Numbered from the stretch's first letter, positions 7,993 to 18,427 are shown. The stretch: DNA of 64,000 bases from an uncultured Bacilli bacterium (GCA_934177995.1 CAKPPW010000003.1:5938-69937), one strand, 5' to 3'. The notes: generated from the sequence alone by a model not told the origin. Numbers and translations are program-made.

Positions 7993-9858
7993 ATGAATTA
8001 TGAAATAATTGTAGTAGGAGGAGGTCATGCTGGTTGTGAAGCGGCTCTTGCTTGTGCTAGAAAAAATCATAAGACATTATTAATAAGTGGAAACTTAGAT
8101 AATATTGCTGATATGCCATGTAATCCTTCTATAGGAGGACCTGCTAAAGGTATAGTAGTAAGAGAAATAGATGCTTTAGGTGGAGAGATGGCTAAAAATA
8201 CTGATAAAAGTTCTCTTCAGATGAAAATATTAAATACTAAAAAGGGAAAAGCTGTTCAGGCCTTGAGAGCTCAAGCTGATAAAGTTTTATATAAAAAGGA
8301 AATGCAAAAGACTCTTAAGAATCAAGAAAATTTAGATTTAATGGGAGCCTTTGTTGAAGATTTAATAGTTAAAGATGGTAAGATTGGTGGAGTTGTTTTA
8401 GCTGATGGAACAGAAATTAATGCTAAAGCAGTAATACTAACTACTGGTACTTATTTAAGAAGTTCTATTTTAATAGGTAGTAAGAAAAAGTCTGAAGGAC
8501 CTCATGGAGAAAAAGAAAGCAAATTTTTAAGTACTAAATTGAAAGAGTTAGGTTTTACTATTAAAAGATTAAAAACTGGTACTCCGCCAAGAATTGAAAG
8601 AAGTAGTATAGACTTTGGTAAAGTAACAATAGAAGAAGGTAGTAAAGAAAATTTAACTTTTTCTTATGATAATACTGATGCCTTAGCATATCACTATCAA
8701 ATACCTTGTCATTTGGTTTATACCAATAGTAAGACTCATGAAATTATAAAAGAACATCTAAAGGAATCTAGTATGTATGGTGGTTATGTTGAAGGAGTAG
8801 GTCCAAGATATTGTCCATCAATAGAAGATAAAGTAGTAAGATTTAGTGATAAAGAACGTCATCAATTATTTTTAGAGCCAGAAAGTTTATCATATGATGA
8901 TATATATTTACAAGGATTTTCTACAAGTATGCCTGAGTATGTTCAAGAAGAAATGGTTCATAGCCTAAAAGGATTAGAAAATGCTAAGATTTTAAGATAT
9001 GCTTATGCAATAGAGTATGATGCTATTGACTCTAAACAAATTAAACGTAGTCTTGAAACAAAACTAATAGAAGGACTTTATACAGCCGGTCAAATCAATG
9101 GAACAAGTGGTTATGAAGAAGCTGCTGGTCAAGGCTTAATTGCAGGGATAAATGCTAGTTTAAAAATTGAAGGAAAAGACCCATTAATTCTTAATAGAAG
9201 TGAATCATATATAGGTGTATTAATTGATGATTTAGTAACTAAGGGAGTAAAAGATCCTTATAGACTTTTAACATCAAGAGCAGAGTATAGACTACTATTA
9301 AGAAATGATAATGCTGATTTAAGATTAAGAGATTATGGTTATCAAATAGGTTTAATTGATGAGGATACGTATAAGAAATTTAATGAAAAGAAAAATAATA
9401 TTGAAAATATAATAAGTATCTTAAAGAGCGAGAAAATAACACCTACTAAAGAGATTAATACATTATTAGAGAAGTTAGGAACAACTCCTTTAAAAGATGG
9501 TATAACTCTATATGATTTATTGAAAAGACCAGAATTATCCTTTAATGATATAGAAAATTTTAAAGAATTTCCTTATTCAAAAGCTGAAAAAGAAGAAGTA
9601 GAGATACAAATTCAATATGAAGGATATATTAAAAAGCAAGAAAAAGATACTAAGAAATTGTTAGACTTAGAAAAAATAAAGATACCTGCTAATATTTCTT
9701 ATGATGATATAAAAAATATTGCTAGTGAAGCCAGAGAAAAATTAAAAGCAGTAGAACCAGAAACACTTGCACAGGCAAGTAGAATAAGTGGAGTTAATCC
9801 AGCCGATATTGCTATAATAATGGTTTATTTGAAAAAAGGGGAAAGAAAAAATGACTGA
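7993..9858 (+). CDS. mnmG: tRNA uridine 5-carboxymethylaminomethyl modification enzyme MnmG
   Basis: FAD motif VVGGGHAGCEAA, 621 aa, follows mnmE. Confidence 0.95.
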   Translation: MNYEIIVVGGGHAGCEAALACARKNHKTLLISGNLDNIADMPCNPSIGGPAKGIVVREIDALGGEMAKNTDKSSLQMKILNTKKGKAVQALRAQADKVLYKKEMQKTLKNQENLDLMGAFVEDLIVKDGKIGGVVLADGTEINAKAVILTTGTYLRSSILIGSKKKSEGPHGEKESKFLSTKLKELGFTIKRLKTGTPPRIERSSIDFGKVTIEEGSKENLTFSYDNTDALAYHYQIPCHLVYTNSKTHEIIKEHLKESSMYGGYVEGVGPRYCPSIEDKVVRFSDKERHQLFLEPESLSYDDIYLQGFSTSMPEYVQEEMVHSLKGLENAKILRYAYAIEYDAIDSKQIKRSLETKLIEGLYTAGQINGTSGYEEAAGQGLIAGINASLKIEGKDPLILNRSESYIGVLIDDLVTKGVKDPYRLLTSRAEYRLLLRNDNADLRLRDYGYQIGLIDEDTYKKFNEKKNNIENIISILKSEKITPTKEINTLLEKLGTTPLKDGITLYDLLKRPELSFNDIENFKEFPYSKAEKEEVEIQIQYEGYIKKQEKDTKKLLDLEKIKIPANISYDDIKNIASEAREKLKAVEPETLAQASRISGVNPADIAIIMVYLKKGERKND

Positions 9859-10495
9859 AGCTGAATTTGTGGAACAGGTAAAACTATTGGGAATTAATCC
9901 AACAGAGGAACAACTATCAAAACTTGAAAAATTATATAAAATAATGATAGAAGAAAATAAAGTAATGAACTTAACAAGGATTGTTTTAAAAGATGATGTT
10001 TATTTAAAACACTTCTATGATAGTTTAACTATAACTAAAGCTTGTGATTTAACTGGTAATTTAACACTATGTGATGTTGGAACAGGAGCTGGTTTTCCTG
10101 GCTTAGTCTTAAAAATATTTTATCCAAATTTAGAGATAACTTTAGTAGATGCTTTACAAAAAAGAGTTAATTATCTTAATAAAGTAATCAAAGTCTTAGA
10201 TTTAAGTGGTATAGAAGCTATTCATATAAGAGCGGAAGACTTAGCTAGAAAAGAAAATAAATATAATATTGTTACTGCTAGAGCAGTAGCTAATTTGTCT
10301 AAGTTATTGTCTTGGACTATGCCACTTGTAAAGAAAGATGGTTACTTTGTTGCAATGAAAGGTAATGTAGATGAAGAATTAGTAATGGCCCAACCAATTA
10401 TTGAAAGAAAAAAATATAGTTTAGATAAAAAAATAGAGTTTAAGTTACCAAAAGAGGGAAGTACTAGAACTATTTTGAAGATAAAATGTAATTAA
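9851..10495 (+). CDS. rsmG: 16S rRNA (guanine527-N7)-methyltransferase RsmG
   Basis: SAM motif DVGTGAGFPGL, synteny after mnmG. Confidence 0.9.
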   Translation: MTEAEFVEQVKLLGINPTEEQLSKLEKLYKIMIEENKVMNLTRIVLKDDVYLKHFYDSLTITKACDLTGNLTLCDVGTGAGFPGLVLKIFYPNLEITLVDALQKRVNYLNKVIKVLDLSGIEAIHIRAEDLARKENKYNIVTARAVANLSKLLSWTMPLVKKDGYFVAMKGNVDEELVMAQPIIERKKYSLDKKIEFKLPKEGSTRTILKIKCN

Positions 10496-10570
10496 TCGCT
10501 AGATTAATTACTCTTTTAATGTTATAATGATACCATAGGAAGATTAGAAAGAATAAAGTGAGGGATAGTA

Positions 10571-12046
10571 ATGCAGAATAATGAAAATGAAGTTGTATAT
10601 TTATACTTAGATGATATAATTCCAAATAGATTTCAACCAAGACAAGTATTTGATGAAAAAGCCTTAAAAGAATTGGCTGTTTCTATCAAAGAACATGGGG
10701 TAATTCAACCAATAATTGTTCGTAATATAGGAAATAAATATGAAATTATTGCAGGAGAACGTAGATATAAAGCAAGTGCTTTAGCAGGACTTACTAAAAT
10801 ACCAGCTATTGTTCGTAACTTAGATGATAAGGAAAGTAGTAAAGTAGCCCTTCTTGAAAATTTACAAAGAAAAAATTTAAATCCAATAGAAGAAGCTAGA
10901 ACTTATCAAAAAATCTTAGAGTTAGACCAGATGACTCAAGAAGAATTAGCTAAAACTATGGGTAAGAGTCAGAGTGCTGTTGCTAATAAACTAAGATTAT
11001 TATCTTTGTCTGATGATGTTCAAGATGCATTATTAAAAGAAAAAATATCAGAACGTCATGCTAGAGCTTTATTAGCGGTAGATGACCAAGAAAAACAAAA
11101 ACAATTACTTAATAAAATAATAGCTAATAAAATGACAGTTAGGGAATTGGAAGAGGAGATTAATCCTAAACCTAAGGAGAAAATTGCTACAGCAGATATA
11201 GAAAAATTATTAAATAGAGAACCAGTATCAGTTAATGAAAATACTACTATTAATGTTCCAAACTTACCAAATCTAAACTTAGAAAATAATAATTCTGTTC
11301 CGGTAACACCTACTCCTAACCCTTCTATGAATACTCCAAAACCTAATAATAGTGATATAGATATTGATTATAGTACTCCTCCTAAATTTATAGATTATGG
11401 AGATGAGAAGATAGCTGATATACAAGACCCATTACTAAAGAGTACAGCTAGTTCAGAACTTAATTTAGATGAGCTTAGAAATAATGCTCAAGATATTAAT
11501 GTTAAGGAAGAGAAACCATCTATGGATATGGATAGTCTATTAAAAGTAAATCCAACTGGTGATGTTCAACCCGAACAAAGTATGAATAGTAATTTTAAAT
11601 TCTTTCAACCGGATTCAGATGATTCTAGCGTAAGTGGTGGACAAACTTCTCAGGCTTCTATGCCTTCTAACAATAATCAATCAGCTCTTGATGCTTTGTT
11701 ATCATCTAGTGTTACACCAACTAATAATACACCGACTCCTGATAGTCTATTAAATGTAAATAGAGGAGAAAATCAAGCAGAAGAAAAGAATGAAGTACCT
11801 TATTTAGATACATATAACAATCCATTTGCTCATAATCCAATTTTCTCTGATGATGTAGAAAAAATAATGGGTAAGAAAATTGAAGAAGGACAAGAAATAC
11901 CAAAACTTGATTTTAATGATTGTTTAAATGTAGTGCGTGATGCTGTTAAAAGAATAGAACAATCAGGCTTTAAAGTAGAAAGTGAAGAAATGAACTTTGA
12001 AAAGAATTATCAAATAGTTATTAAGATAGCCAAAAATGAAGAATAG
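10571..12046 (+). CDS. noc: ParB-family nucleoid-occlusion (Noc)-like protein with long low-complexity insertion
   Basis: ParB N-domain IPNRFQPRQ...GERRYKA, HTH MTQEELAKTMGKSQSAVANKLRLL. The C-terminal VRDAVKRIEQSGFKVESEEMNFEKNYQIVIKI resembles the B. subtilis Noc C-terminus. Position between rsmG and soj. Confidence 0.8.
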   Translation: MQNNENEVVYLYLDDIIPNRFQPRQVFDEKALKELAVSIKEHGVIQPIIVRNIGNKYEIIAGERRYKASALAGLTKIPAIVRNLDDKESSKVALLENLQRKNLNPIEEARTYQKILELDQMTQEELAKTMGKSQSAVANKLRLLSLSDDVQDALLKEKISERHARALLAVDDQEKQKQLLNKIIANKMTVRELEEEINPKPKEKIATADIEKLLNREPVSVNENTTINVPNLPNLNLENNNSVPVTPTPNPSMNTPKPNNSDIDIDYSTPPKFIDYGDEKIADIQDPLLKSTASSELNLDELRNNAQDINVKEEKPSMDMDSLLKVNPTGDVQPEQSMNSNFKFFQPDSDDSSVSGGQTSQASMPSNNNQSALDALLSSSVTPTNNTPTPDSLLNVNRGENQAEEKNEVPYLDTYNNPFAHNPIFSDDVEKIMGKKIEEGQEIPKLDFNDCLNVVRDAVKRIEQSGFKVESEEMNFEKNYQIVIKIAKNEE

Positions 12047-12048
12047 TT

Positions 12049-12072
12049 AAAGTAGAGAAATCTACTTTTTTT
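12049..12072 (+). terminator. Intrinsic terminator after noc-like gene
   Basis: aaagtaga-gaaa-tctacttt followed by a T-run. Confidence 0.7.
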
Positions 12073-12146
12073 CCTAAAAATTATTTTCATAATAAGCTAT
12101 TTCTGATACAATTAAATAGAGTTATGAAAAGAAGCGAGTGATAAAA

Positions 12147-12932
12147 ATGGGAAAAGTCATATCATTAGTAAATCAAAAGGGAGGAGTAGGAAAGACTACT
12201 ACTAGTATCAATTTATCTGCTTCTCTTGCATATCTAGGAAAAAGGGTTTTATTAATTGATTTGGATCCACAAGGAAATACAACAACTGGAGTTGGAATAA
12301 ATAAAGGAGATATAAATAATAGTATTTATGATGTATTAACAGGAAGATGTACTTGTGTGGAAGCTATGATAAAGACTAAATATAAACAATTATATGTTTT
12401 GCCAGCTACTATAAATTTAGCAGGGCTTGATATTGAACTATTAGAAAAGAGTCAACAAGAACCTGGATTTGCAAAAGGAGCTCAACTAAAACAACATTTG
12501 GAAGATATAAAAGATAATTTTGATTTTATCATTATAGATTGTCCTCCATCTTTAGGACTTATTACAACAAATGCTTTAACTGCTAGTGATTCAGTGATTA
12601 TCCCAGTTCAATGTGAATTTTTTGCCCTAGAAGGAATTATGCAGTTACTAAATACTATAAGACTTGCACAAAAACAATTAAATCCTAATTTAGATATAGA
12701 AGGAGTCTTGCTAACTATGTTAGACTCTAGAACTAATCTAGGATTTGAGGTAGTAGAAGATATAAGAAAATTCTTTAAAGAAAAAGTTTATAATACTATT
12801 ATTCCTAGATTAATAAGATTAACAGAAGCACCAAGTCATGGGGAACCGATAATAGTATATGACCCTAAGAGTAAGGGAAGCGAAGCTTATTTAAATTTAG
12901 CAAAGGAAGTGATTGATCGTAATGGAAACTAA
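12147..12932 (+). CDS. soj: Chromosome partitioning ATPase ParA/Soj
   Basis: MGKVISLVNQKGGVGKTTT deviant Walker A. The start is set at MGK by analogy with Soj; the ORF track starts at 12138. Confidence 0.93.
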   Translation: MGKVISLVNQKGGVGKTTTSINLSASLAYLGKRVLLIDLDPQGNTTTGVGINKGDINNSIYDVLTGRCTCVEAMIKTKYKQLYVLPATINLAGLDIELLEKSQQEPGFAKGAQLKQHLEDIKDNFDFIIIDCPPSLGLITTNALTASDSVIIPVQCEFFALEGIMQLLNTIRLAQKQLNPNLDIEGVLLTMLDSRTNLGFEVVEDIRKFFKEKVYNTIIPRLIRLTEAPSHGEPIIVYDPKSKGSEAYLNLAKEVIDRNGN

Positions 12933-13803
12933 AAGAAGAGCCTTAGGAAAAGGATTAGAAGAGTTATTCAATACAGAGCAAATAGATATAAATAAAGTGG
13001 AAGAAAAAATTATAGAATCTACCCCTAAAAATGAAATTATTGATTTAGATTTAGACCAATTGCGTAGTAATCCTTATCAACCAAGAAAAACATTTGATGA
13101 AGAAGCTTTACAAGAGTTATCTAATTCAATTAAAGAGCATGGTGTTTTTCAACCAATTATCGCTAAAAAAAGTATAAAAGGTTATGAAATAGTAGCAGGA
13201 GAGAGAAGAGTACTTGCTAGTAGAATGGCAGGACTTGATAAAATACCAGCTATTGTAAAAGATTTAACTGATGAACAAATGATGGAAATAGCATTACTTG
13301 AAAACCTTCAAAGAGAAGATTTAAATGCTATGGAAGAAGCTATGGCTTATAAGAGATTACAACAAGAGTTGAATTTAACTCAAGAAGAACTTGCTAAAAA
13401 AGTAGGAAAGAGTCGTAGTCATGTTACTAATATGATGGGATTATTAACTTTACCAGAAGAAGTAAAAGATATGATAATTACAAAAGAAATATCTATGGGA
13501 CATGCTAGAATACTAAGTAAATTAGATGATAAAGAACAAATAAAGAAACTAGCTAATGATGTAGTAGTTAAAAAGCTTAGTGTTAGACAACTAGAAGATA
13601 TGACTAATTCACCAGTGGATTTTCATAGAAAAAAAGAAATTAGAAGAAGAGAAGCCAGTGATTCAGAATATAGTTATATAGCAAGTACTTTGTGTGATAA
13701 ATTAGGAACAAGAGTAAAAATCAAGAAAAACAAAATAGAAATTAAATTTGAAAATGCAGCAGATTTAACAAGAATACTTGAGATTATGCAATTAGATAAA
13801 TAG
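12913..13803 (+). CDS. spo0J: Chromosome partitioning protein ParB/Spo0J
   Basis: LRSNPYQPRK, GERRVLA, HTH LTQEELAKKVGKSRSHVTNMMGLL. The start is uncertain: TTG at 12913 or ATG at 12922. Confidence 0.92.
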   Translation: MIVMETKRRALGKGLEELFNTEQIDINKVEEKIIESTPKNEIIDLDLDQLRSNPYQPRKTFDEEALQELSNSIKEHGVFQPIIAKKSIKGYEIVAGERRVLASRMAGLDKIPAIVKDLTDEQMMEIALLENLQREDLNAMEEAMAYKRLQQELNLTQEELAKKVGKSRSHVTNMMGLLTLPEEVKDMIITKEISMGHARILSKLDDKEQIKKLANDVVVKKLSVRQLEDMTNSPVDFHRKKEIRRREASDSEYSYIASTLCDKLGTRVKIKKNKIEIKFENAADLTRILEIMQLDK

Positions 13804-13823
13804 TAATAAAAGGAAGTGATATA

Positions 13824-14627
13824 GTGAAAGAGTTTTTAGATTCAGAAATTTTCTTGTACATTTTAAAACCAATTATTTATATTGCTGTAGCATATATTAT
13901 TTATAGAATATTAAATTTTATTTTACAACAAGCCTTAATTAAAAATAATGTGTCATCAAAGCATCGTCGAAAACTAGAAACATCAAAGAGTATTATTGTA
14001 AATTTTGTTAAGTATTTAATAATTATTATAACAATGTTATCTATTCTTTCATTATATCATGTAGATGTTAGTAGAATATTTGCAGGAATCGGTATTGCTA
14101 CTGCTGTCCTTTCTTTAGCATTTCAAGATGTAGCAAAAGACTTTTTAGCAGGACTAGCTATTCTTTTAGAAGATCAATTTGAAATAGGAGATAATGTATC
14201 TATCAATGGATTTAGAGGAGACGTTATTTCTATGGGACTTAAAACTACTAGAATAAAAGACTATAAAGGAGCAGTTAAGATTATTTCTAATCATACTATA
14301 AATGAAGTAATTAATTATAGTTTGAATCCTTCTTTAGCAGTAGTAGATATATCAGTTAGTTATGAAAGTGATTTAAATGAAGTAGAAAAAGTTATAAATG
14401 CTACTATGGAAAAAATTAATAAGACCTATGATAATCTAAAAGGTAAGTGTGAGTTATGGGGAGTAGAAAAATTAGATGATTCAGCAGTAGTTTATAGAAT
14501 TGTTTTAAAAACTAGGTCTAATAAAAACTTTGCTGTTGAAAGAAAAATGAAAAAAGACTTTAAATTAGCTTTAGATGAAGCAGGAATTAAGATACCATAT
14601 CCACAAGTAGAGGTGCATAATGAATAA
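13824..14627 (+). CDS. Mechanosensitive ion channel, MscS family
   Basis: N-terminal TM helices followed by an MscS beta-domain-like FEIGDNVSINGFRGDVISMGLKTTRIKDYKG. Confidence 0.8.
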   Translation: MKEFLDSEIFLYILKPIIYIAVAYIIYRILNFILQQALIKNNVSSKHRRKLETSKSIIVNFVKYLIIIITMLSILSLYHVDVSRIFAGIGIATAVLSLAFQDVAKDFLAGLAILLEDQFEIGDNVSINGFRGDVISMGLKTTRIKDYKGAVKIISNHTINEVINYSLNPSLAVVDISVSYESDLNEVEKVINATMEKINKTYDNLKGKCELWGVEKLDDSAVVYRIVLKTRSNKNFAVERKMKKDFKLALDEAGIKIPYPQVEVHNE

Positions 14628-14835
14628 TAATTATCAAGTAGGAACTCATTTAATTCTAAAAAAAGGACACCCCTGTGGAACTAATGAATGGGAAGTAGTA
14701 CGTCTTGGAGTTGATATTAAACTTAAGTGTTGTAATTGTGGTAGAACAGTATTAATTCCAAGAATTGAATTAAATAAAAAGATTAAGAAAGTAAAAGAGG
14801 AGTTATATGAAGGACAAGAAAAAACTGAAACTTAA
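14620..14835 (+). CDS. DUF951-family small protein (YyzM-like)
   Basis: 71 aa with LKKGHPCG...CCNCG cysteine pairs, typical origin-proximal location. Confidence 0.6.
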   Translation: MNNNYQVGTHLILKKGHPCGTNEWEVVRLGVDIKLKCCNCGRTVLIPRIELNKKIKKVKEELYEGQEKTET

Positions 14836-16402
14836 GAAATTTTATTTTCATCCTATTACAGTTTTTATTTTTTTGACTATATTAACAATAATAGCAAGTG
14901 CTATTTTATCAGCTTTGCAAATGCAAGGAACTTATAGTAAAGTTAATACTTCTAATTATGAATTGGAAAGTGTTTTAGTTGCAGTAAAAAATATGTTGAC
15001 TTTTGATGGGATGAAATTTATTTTTAGTAATGCATTACGCAATTTTTTATCATTTGCTCCATTTGGTATGTTGGTGCTTACTTTAATTGGATTAGGTGTA
15101 TCATCATCAACTGGTTTTCTTGATACATTTATTTCAAGAAAAATAAAGAAAATGGATAAGAGAATAGTTACGTTTATTATTATTTTTCTAGCAACTATTT
15201 CTTCTTTAATAAATGATATAGGTTATGTCTTATTAATACCTTTATCAGCAATAATATTTCAAGCGAATAACAGAAATCCTTTTGCTGGAATAGTAGCAGC
15301 TTTTTGTGGAGTTAGTTTTGGCTCAGCTATAAGTTTATTTGTAGGTTCAATGGAGGTTAATTTAATTCCTTATACAACATCAGCTGCTAGATTAATAGAT
15401 AGAAGTACTCATGTTAGTTTAACATCTAACTTAATTATAATAATTGCTTTTTCAGTTTTACTTTCAATTATTGGAACTGTAATTGTAGAAAGTATAATAG
15501 TTAAGAGATTAGGTAAATATAAAGATAATCAAGAAAATGTTAAAACAGAAGAGTTAACGGTAGTAGATGAAGAAGAAATAGAACAAGAAAGAATTGCCAA
15601 AGAAAAGAAAGAAAAATCAGGACTTAAGTATGCCTTAATTACAGCAATAGTAGTTATAATAGCTTTTATCTATATGATAATACCTAATTTACCATCTAGT
15701 GGTATGTTACTAGATATGAGTGAAGATACTTATTTAGGACAATTATTTGGTACTAATTCATATTTTCAAGATGGCTTTACTTATATGATAAGTTTATTAT
15801 TTATCCTTACAAGTATTGCTTATGGAATAGGTGCTAAGTCAATAAAGAATGATAAAGACTTAATATATGGTTGTGAAAAAATGTTTACATCAAGTGCAGA
15901 AATGGTTATGCTACTATTTGTAGCAAGTCAGTTTATTTCTATTTTTAGAGAGACTAACATTGGTACAATAATAGCTACTTGGGGTGCTAATATCTTAGGA
16001 AGTGTTTCCTTTAGTGCATTACCACTTATAATTGTTTCCTTAGTATTAATAGCCATAGCTAATATATTTGTTACAACACCATCTAGTAAATGGCAAATCT
16101 TTGCACCAGTTATGGTACCAGCTATGATGCAAGCTAATATTTCGCCACAATTTGCTCAGTTTATTCTAAGGGCAGGTGATTCAATGACTGCAGGTATTAC
16201 TCCGTTATTAGCAGCTTTTGCCATATATATAGGGTACTTAAATATATATAATAAAGATAAGTCAAAACCAATAACTATTCATCAAGCATTAGCATATGTT
16301 ATGCCATACTTTACAATAATTTCAATTTCTTGGATTTTATTAACAATAGGTTGGTATTTAATAGGCTTACCAATAGGTCCAGGAGTTTATCCAACATTAT
16401 AG
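14807..16402 (+). CDS. AbgT-family (p-aminobenzoyl-glutamate-type) transporter
   Basis: 531-aa polytopic membrane protein. The basic N-terminus then FHPITVF, and the overall size and layout, resemble AbgT. The call is from family resemblance only. Confidence 0.55.
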   Translation: MKDKKKLKLKKFYFHPITVFIFLTILTIIASAILSALQMQGTYSKVNTSNYELESVLVAVKNMLTFDGMKFIFSNALRNFLSFAPFGMLVLTLIGLGVSSSTGFLDTFISRKIKKMDKRIVTFIIIFLATISSLINDIGYVLLIPLSAIIFQANNRNPFAGIVAAFCGVSFGSAISLFVGSMEVNLIPYTTSAARLIDRSTHVSLTSNLIIIIAFSVLLSIIGTVIVESIIVKRLGKYKDNQENVKTEELTVVDEEEIEQERIAKEKKEKSGLKYALITAIVVIIAFIYMIIPNLPSSGMLLDMSEDTYLGQLFGTNSYFQDGFTYMISLLFILTSIAYGIGAKSIKNDKDLIYGCEKMFTSSAEMVMLLFVASQFISIFRETNIGTIIATWGANILGSVSFSALPLIIVSLVLIAIANIFVTTPSSKWQIFAPVMVPAMMQANISPQFAQFILRAGDSMTAGITPLLAAFAIYIGYLNIYNKDKSKPITIHQALAYVMPYFTIISISWILLTIGWYLIGLPIGPGVYPTL

Positions 16403-16404
16403 TT

Positions 16405-16433
16405 TTGACAATTTGTCTTAATTAGATTAAAAT
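16405..16433 (+). promoter_or_regulatory. Candidate sigma-A promoter of ychF
   Basis: TTGACA 16405-16410, 17-nt spacer, TAAAAT 16428-16433. Confidence 0.5.
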
Positions 16434-16482
16434 AAGAAAGAAAATTATATTATTTTCTTTTTATTTTGGAAGGAGTTTTATT

Positions 16483-17583
16483 ATGAGTTTAAAAGCAGGT
16501 ATTATAGGATTACCAAATGTAGGGAAGAGTACATTATTTAATGCTATTACTAATCAACATATTTTAGCAGAAAATTATCCATTTGCAACAATTGATCCTA
16601 ATGTAGGAGTAGTTAATGTTAAAGATGTTCGTCTTGATAGACTAACAGAAATGTATGAACCTAAGAAGACTATCCCTACTAGTTATGAATTTACAGATAT
16701 TGCAGGTCTTGTTAGAGGAGCTAGTAAAGGAGAAGGATTAGGAAATAAATTTTTATCACATATAAGAGAAACAGATGCTATAGTAGAAGTAGTTAGATGT
16801 TTTGATAATGGAAAAATAATTCATGTAGATGGTAATGTTGATCCAATAAGAGATTTAGAAACTATTAATCTAGAGCTTATCATCAGTGATTTAGAAATGG
16901 TTACTAATCGTTTAGGAAAAATTAGTAAAAGAGCTTTAATGAGTAAGGATAAACAAGAAAAGTTAGAATATGAATTATTAGAGAAGATAAAGACTACTCT
17001 TGAAGAAAATCAACCGGTAAGACATATAGACTTTAAAGATGATGAATTAAAAATACTAAAATCTTATAATTTCTTAACAATAAAACCAATTATATATGTA
17101 GCTAATATAGATGAAAGTATGATAGGTTTAGAAGATAATTCTTATGTAAAAGAAGTTAAAGAGTATGCAAAGAAAGAAAATGCTTCAGTAGTTGTTTTAT
17201 GTGCTAAGATTGAAGAAGAACTAAGTGAATTAAGTGATACAGATAAAAAAGATATGTTAGAAGCTTTGGGAATGGAAAATAGTGGACTAGAGCAATTAAT
17301 TTCTGCAACTTATGATTTATTAGGCTTAGCTACTTATTTTACAGTAGGTAAAGATGAGGTAAGAGCTTGGACTTTTAAAAAAGGTATGAATGCTAAGAAA
17401 TGTGCAGGTATTATTCATACAGACTTTGAAAAGGGATTTATCAAAGCTGAAGTTATTAGTTATGATGATTTAATGGAATATGGTAGTGAGTTAAAAACTA
17501 GAGAAGCAGGAAAAGCTAGAATAGAAGGAAAAGATTATATCATGCAAGATGGTGATATTTGTCACTTTAGATTTAATGTGTGA
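16483..17583 (+). CDS. ychF: Ribosome-binding ATPase YchF
   Basis: GIIGLPNVGKSTLFNA, TGS-like C-terminus, 366 aa. Confidence 0.95.
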   Translation: MSLKAGIIGLPNVGKSTLFNAITNQHILAENYPFATIDPNVGVVNVKDVRLDRLTEMYEPKKTIPTSYEFTDIAGLVRGASKGEGLGNKFLSHIRETDAIVEVVRCFDNGKIIHVDGNVDPIRDLETINLELIISDLEMVTNRLGKISKRALMSKDKQEKLEYELLEKIKTTLEENQPVRHIDFKDDELKILKSYNFLTIKPIIYVANIDESMIGLEDNSYVKEVKEYAKKENASVVVLCAKIEEELSELSDTDKKDMLEALGMENSGLEQLISATYDLLGLATYFTVGKDEVRAWTFKKGMNAKKCAGIIHTDFEKGFIKAEVISYDDLMEYGSELKTREAGKARIEGKDYIMQDGDICHFRFNV

Positions 17584-17591
17584 GGTGCTAA

Positions 17592-18365
17592 TTGAAATCA
17601 CAAATTAAAATATTTGAAGCTAATAAAAAAGATGGAGTAATGAGTCGAAATAAAATATTTTATAATGATGAATTAACTCAAGATGAAATAAATGAAATAT
17701 TTAAACAAACTAGAATAAAATTAGGAAAAAAATATGGATTTAATGGTTTAAAAATGATTCAAGCAGTTCAAAAGACAGAGTTGAACAAAGTAGAATATCC
17801 AGATGGTAAATATATAAATATTACAGAAAAAGAATTAACAAAGGATGACTATTGGTATTTAAATTTAGAAGCAGATATTCTGATGATTAGTAATAAATAT
17901 AAAGGAATAGTTGTAGGTAATATGTGTGCTGATTGTCCAATAGTAATAGCAGAAGATAGGAAAAAGGGAGTAACTGCTTTAGCACATTGTGGTGCAGCAT
18001 ATATCAATAGAAAATTACCAAGCCAAATAATTGAATCGTTACAAAAAGAATATAAGAGTAATATAGATGACATATATGTCTATATTTCTAGTGGAGCAAA
18101 AAAGGAAAAATTTATATATGATACTTATCCACATTGGGCTACTAATAAAGAAGTGTGGAAAGATTGTATAGAAGAAACAAATAGTAAATATAGGATAGAT
18201 ATGTATAAAGCAATATTAAAGCAACTGGAAAATAAACAAATAAAAATCATAAAAATTAATAAGAATGACACAATAACAAATATAGACTATGCTTCACATT
18301 ACTCTAGAATAAGAGGTAATGAAAAAAAGAGTGGTCAAAACTTTGTTGGATTTTATTATGTATAA
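17592..18365 (+). CDS. YfiH/PgeF (DUF152, laccase-domain) family protein
   Basis: CADCPIVIA...ALAHCGAAY resembles the family's ADC(L)PV...AHAGWRG core. TTG start preceded by GAGGTG. Confidence 0.5.
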   Translation: MKSQIKIFEANKKDGVMSRNKIFYNDELTQDEINEIFKQTRIKLGKKYGFNGLKMIQAVQKTELNKVEYPDGKYINITEKELTKDDYWYLNLEADILMISNKYKGIVVGNMCADCPIVIAEDRKKGVTALAHCGAAYINRKLPSQIIESLQKEYKSNIDDIYVYISSGAKKEKFIYDTYPHWATNKEVWKDCIEETNSKYRIDMYKAILKQLENKQIKIIKINKNDTITNIDYASHYSRIRGNEKKSGQNFVGFYYV

Positions 18366-18398
18366 CTGATGGATTAATAAAAAAGAACAAATATTTAG

Positions 18399-18427
18399 TT
18401 GCAAAAGTAATTGGCATTTGTTATAAT
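18399..18427 (+). promoter_or_regulatory. Candidate sigma-A promoter of the rpsF-ssb-rpsR operon
   Basis: TTGCAA 18399-18404, 17-nt spacer, TATAAT 18422-18427, then an untranslated leader of about 65 nt. Confidence 0.55.

Noticed and set aside
10571-13803. Searched the noc/soj/spo0J region and the rest of the window by eye for parS (TGTTNCACGTGAAACA) and a Noc-binding palindrome (ATTTCCCGGGAAAT).
   Set aside because: I found no CACGTG-centred or CCCGGG-centred matches. The few ACGTG occurrences, for example near 19515 and 22287, have unrelated flanks. Absence by eye is not proof.
14807-14835. 29-nt overlap between the DUF951 gene and the AbgT-like transporter gene.
   Set aside because: This is probably only start-codon uncertainty for the transporter, which has several in-frame Met/Lys-rich codons. 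It is not treated as a recoding signal.
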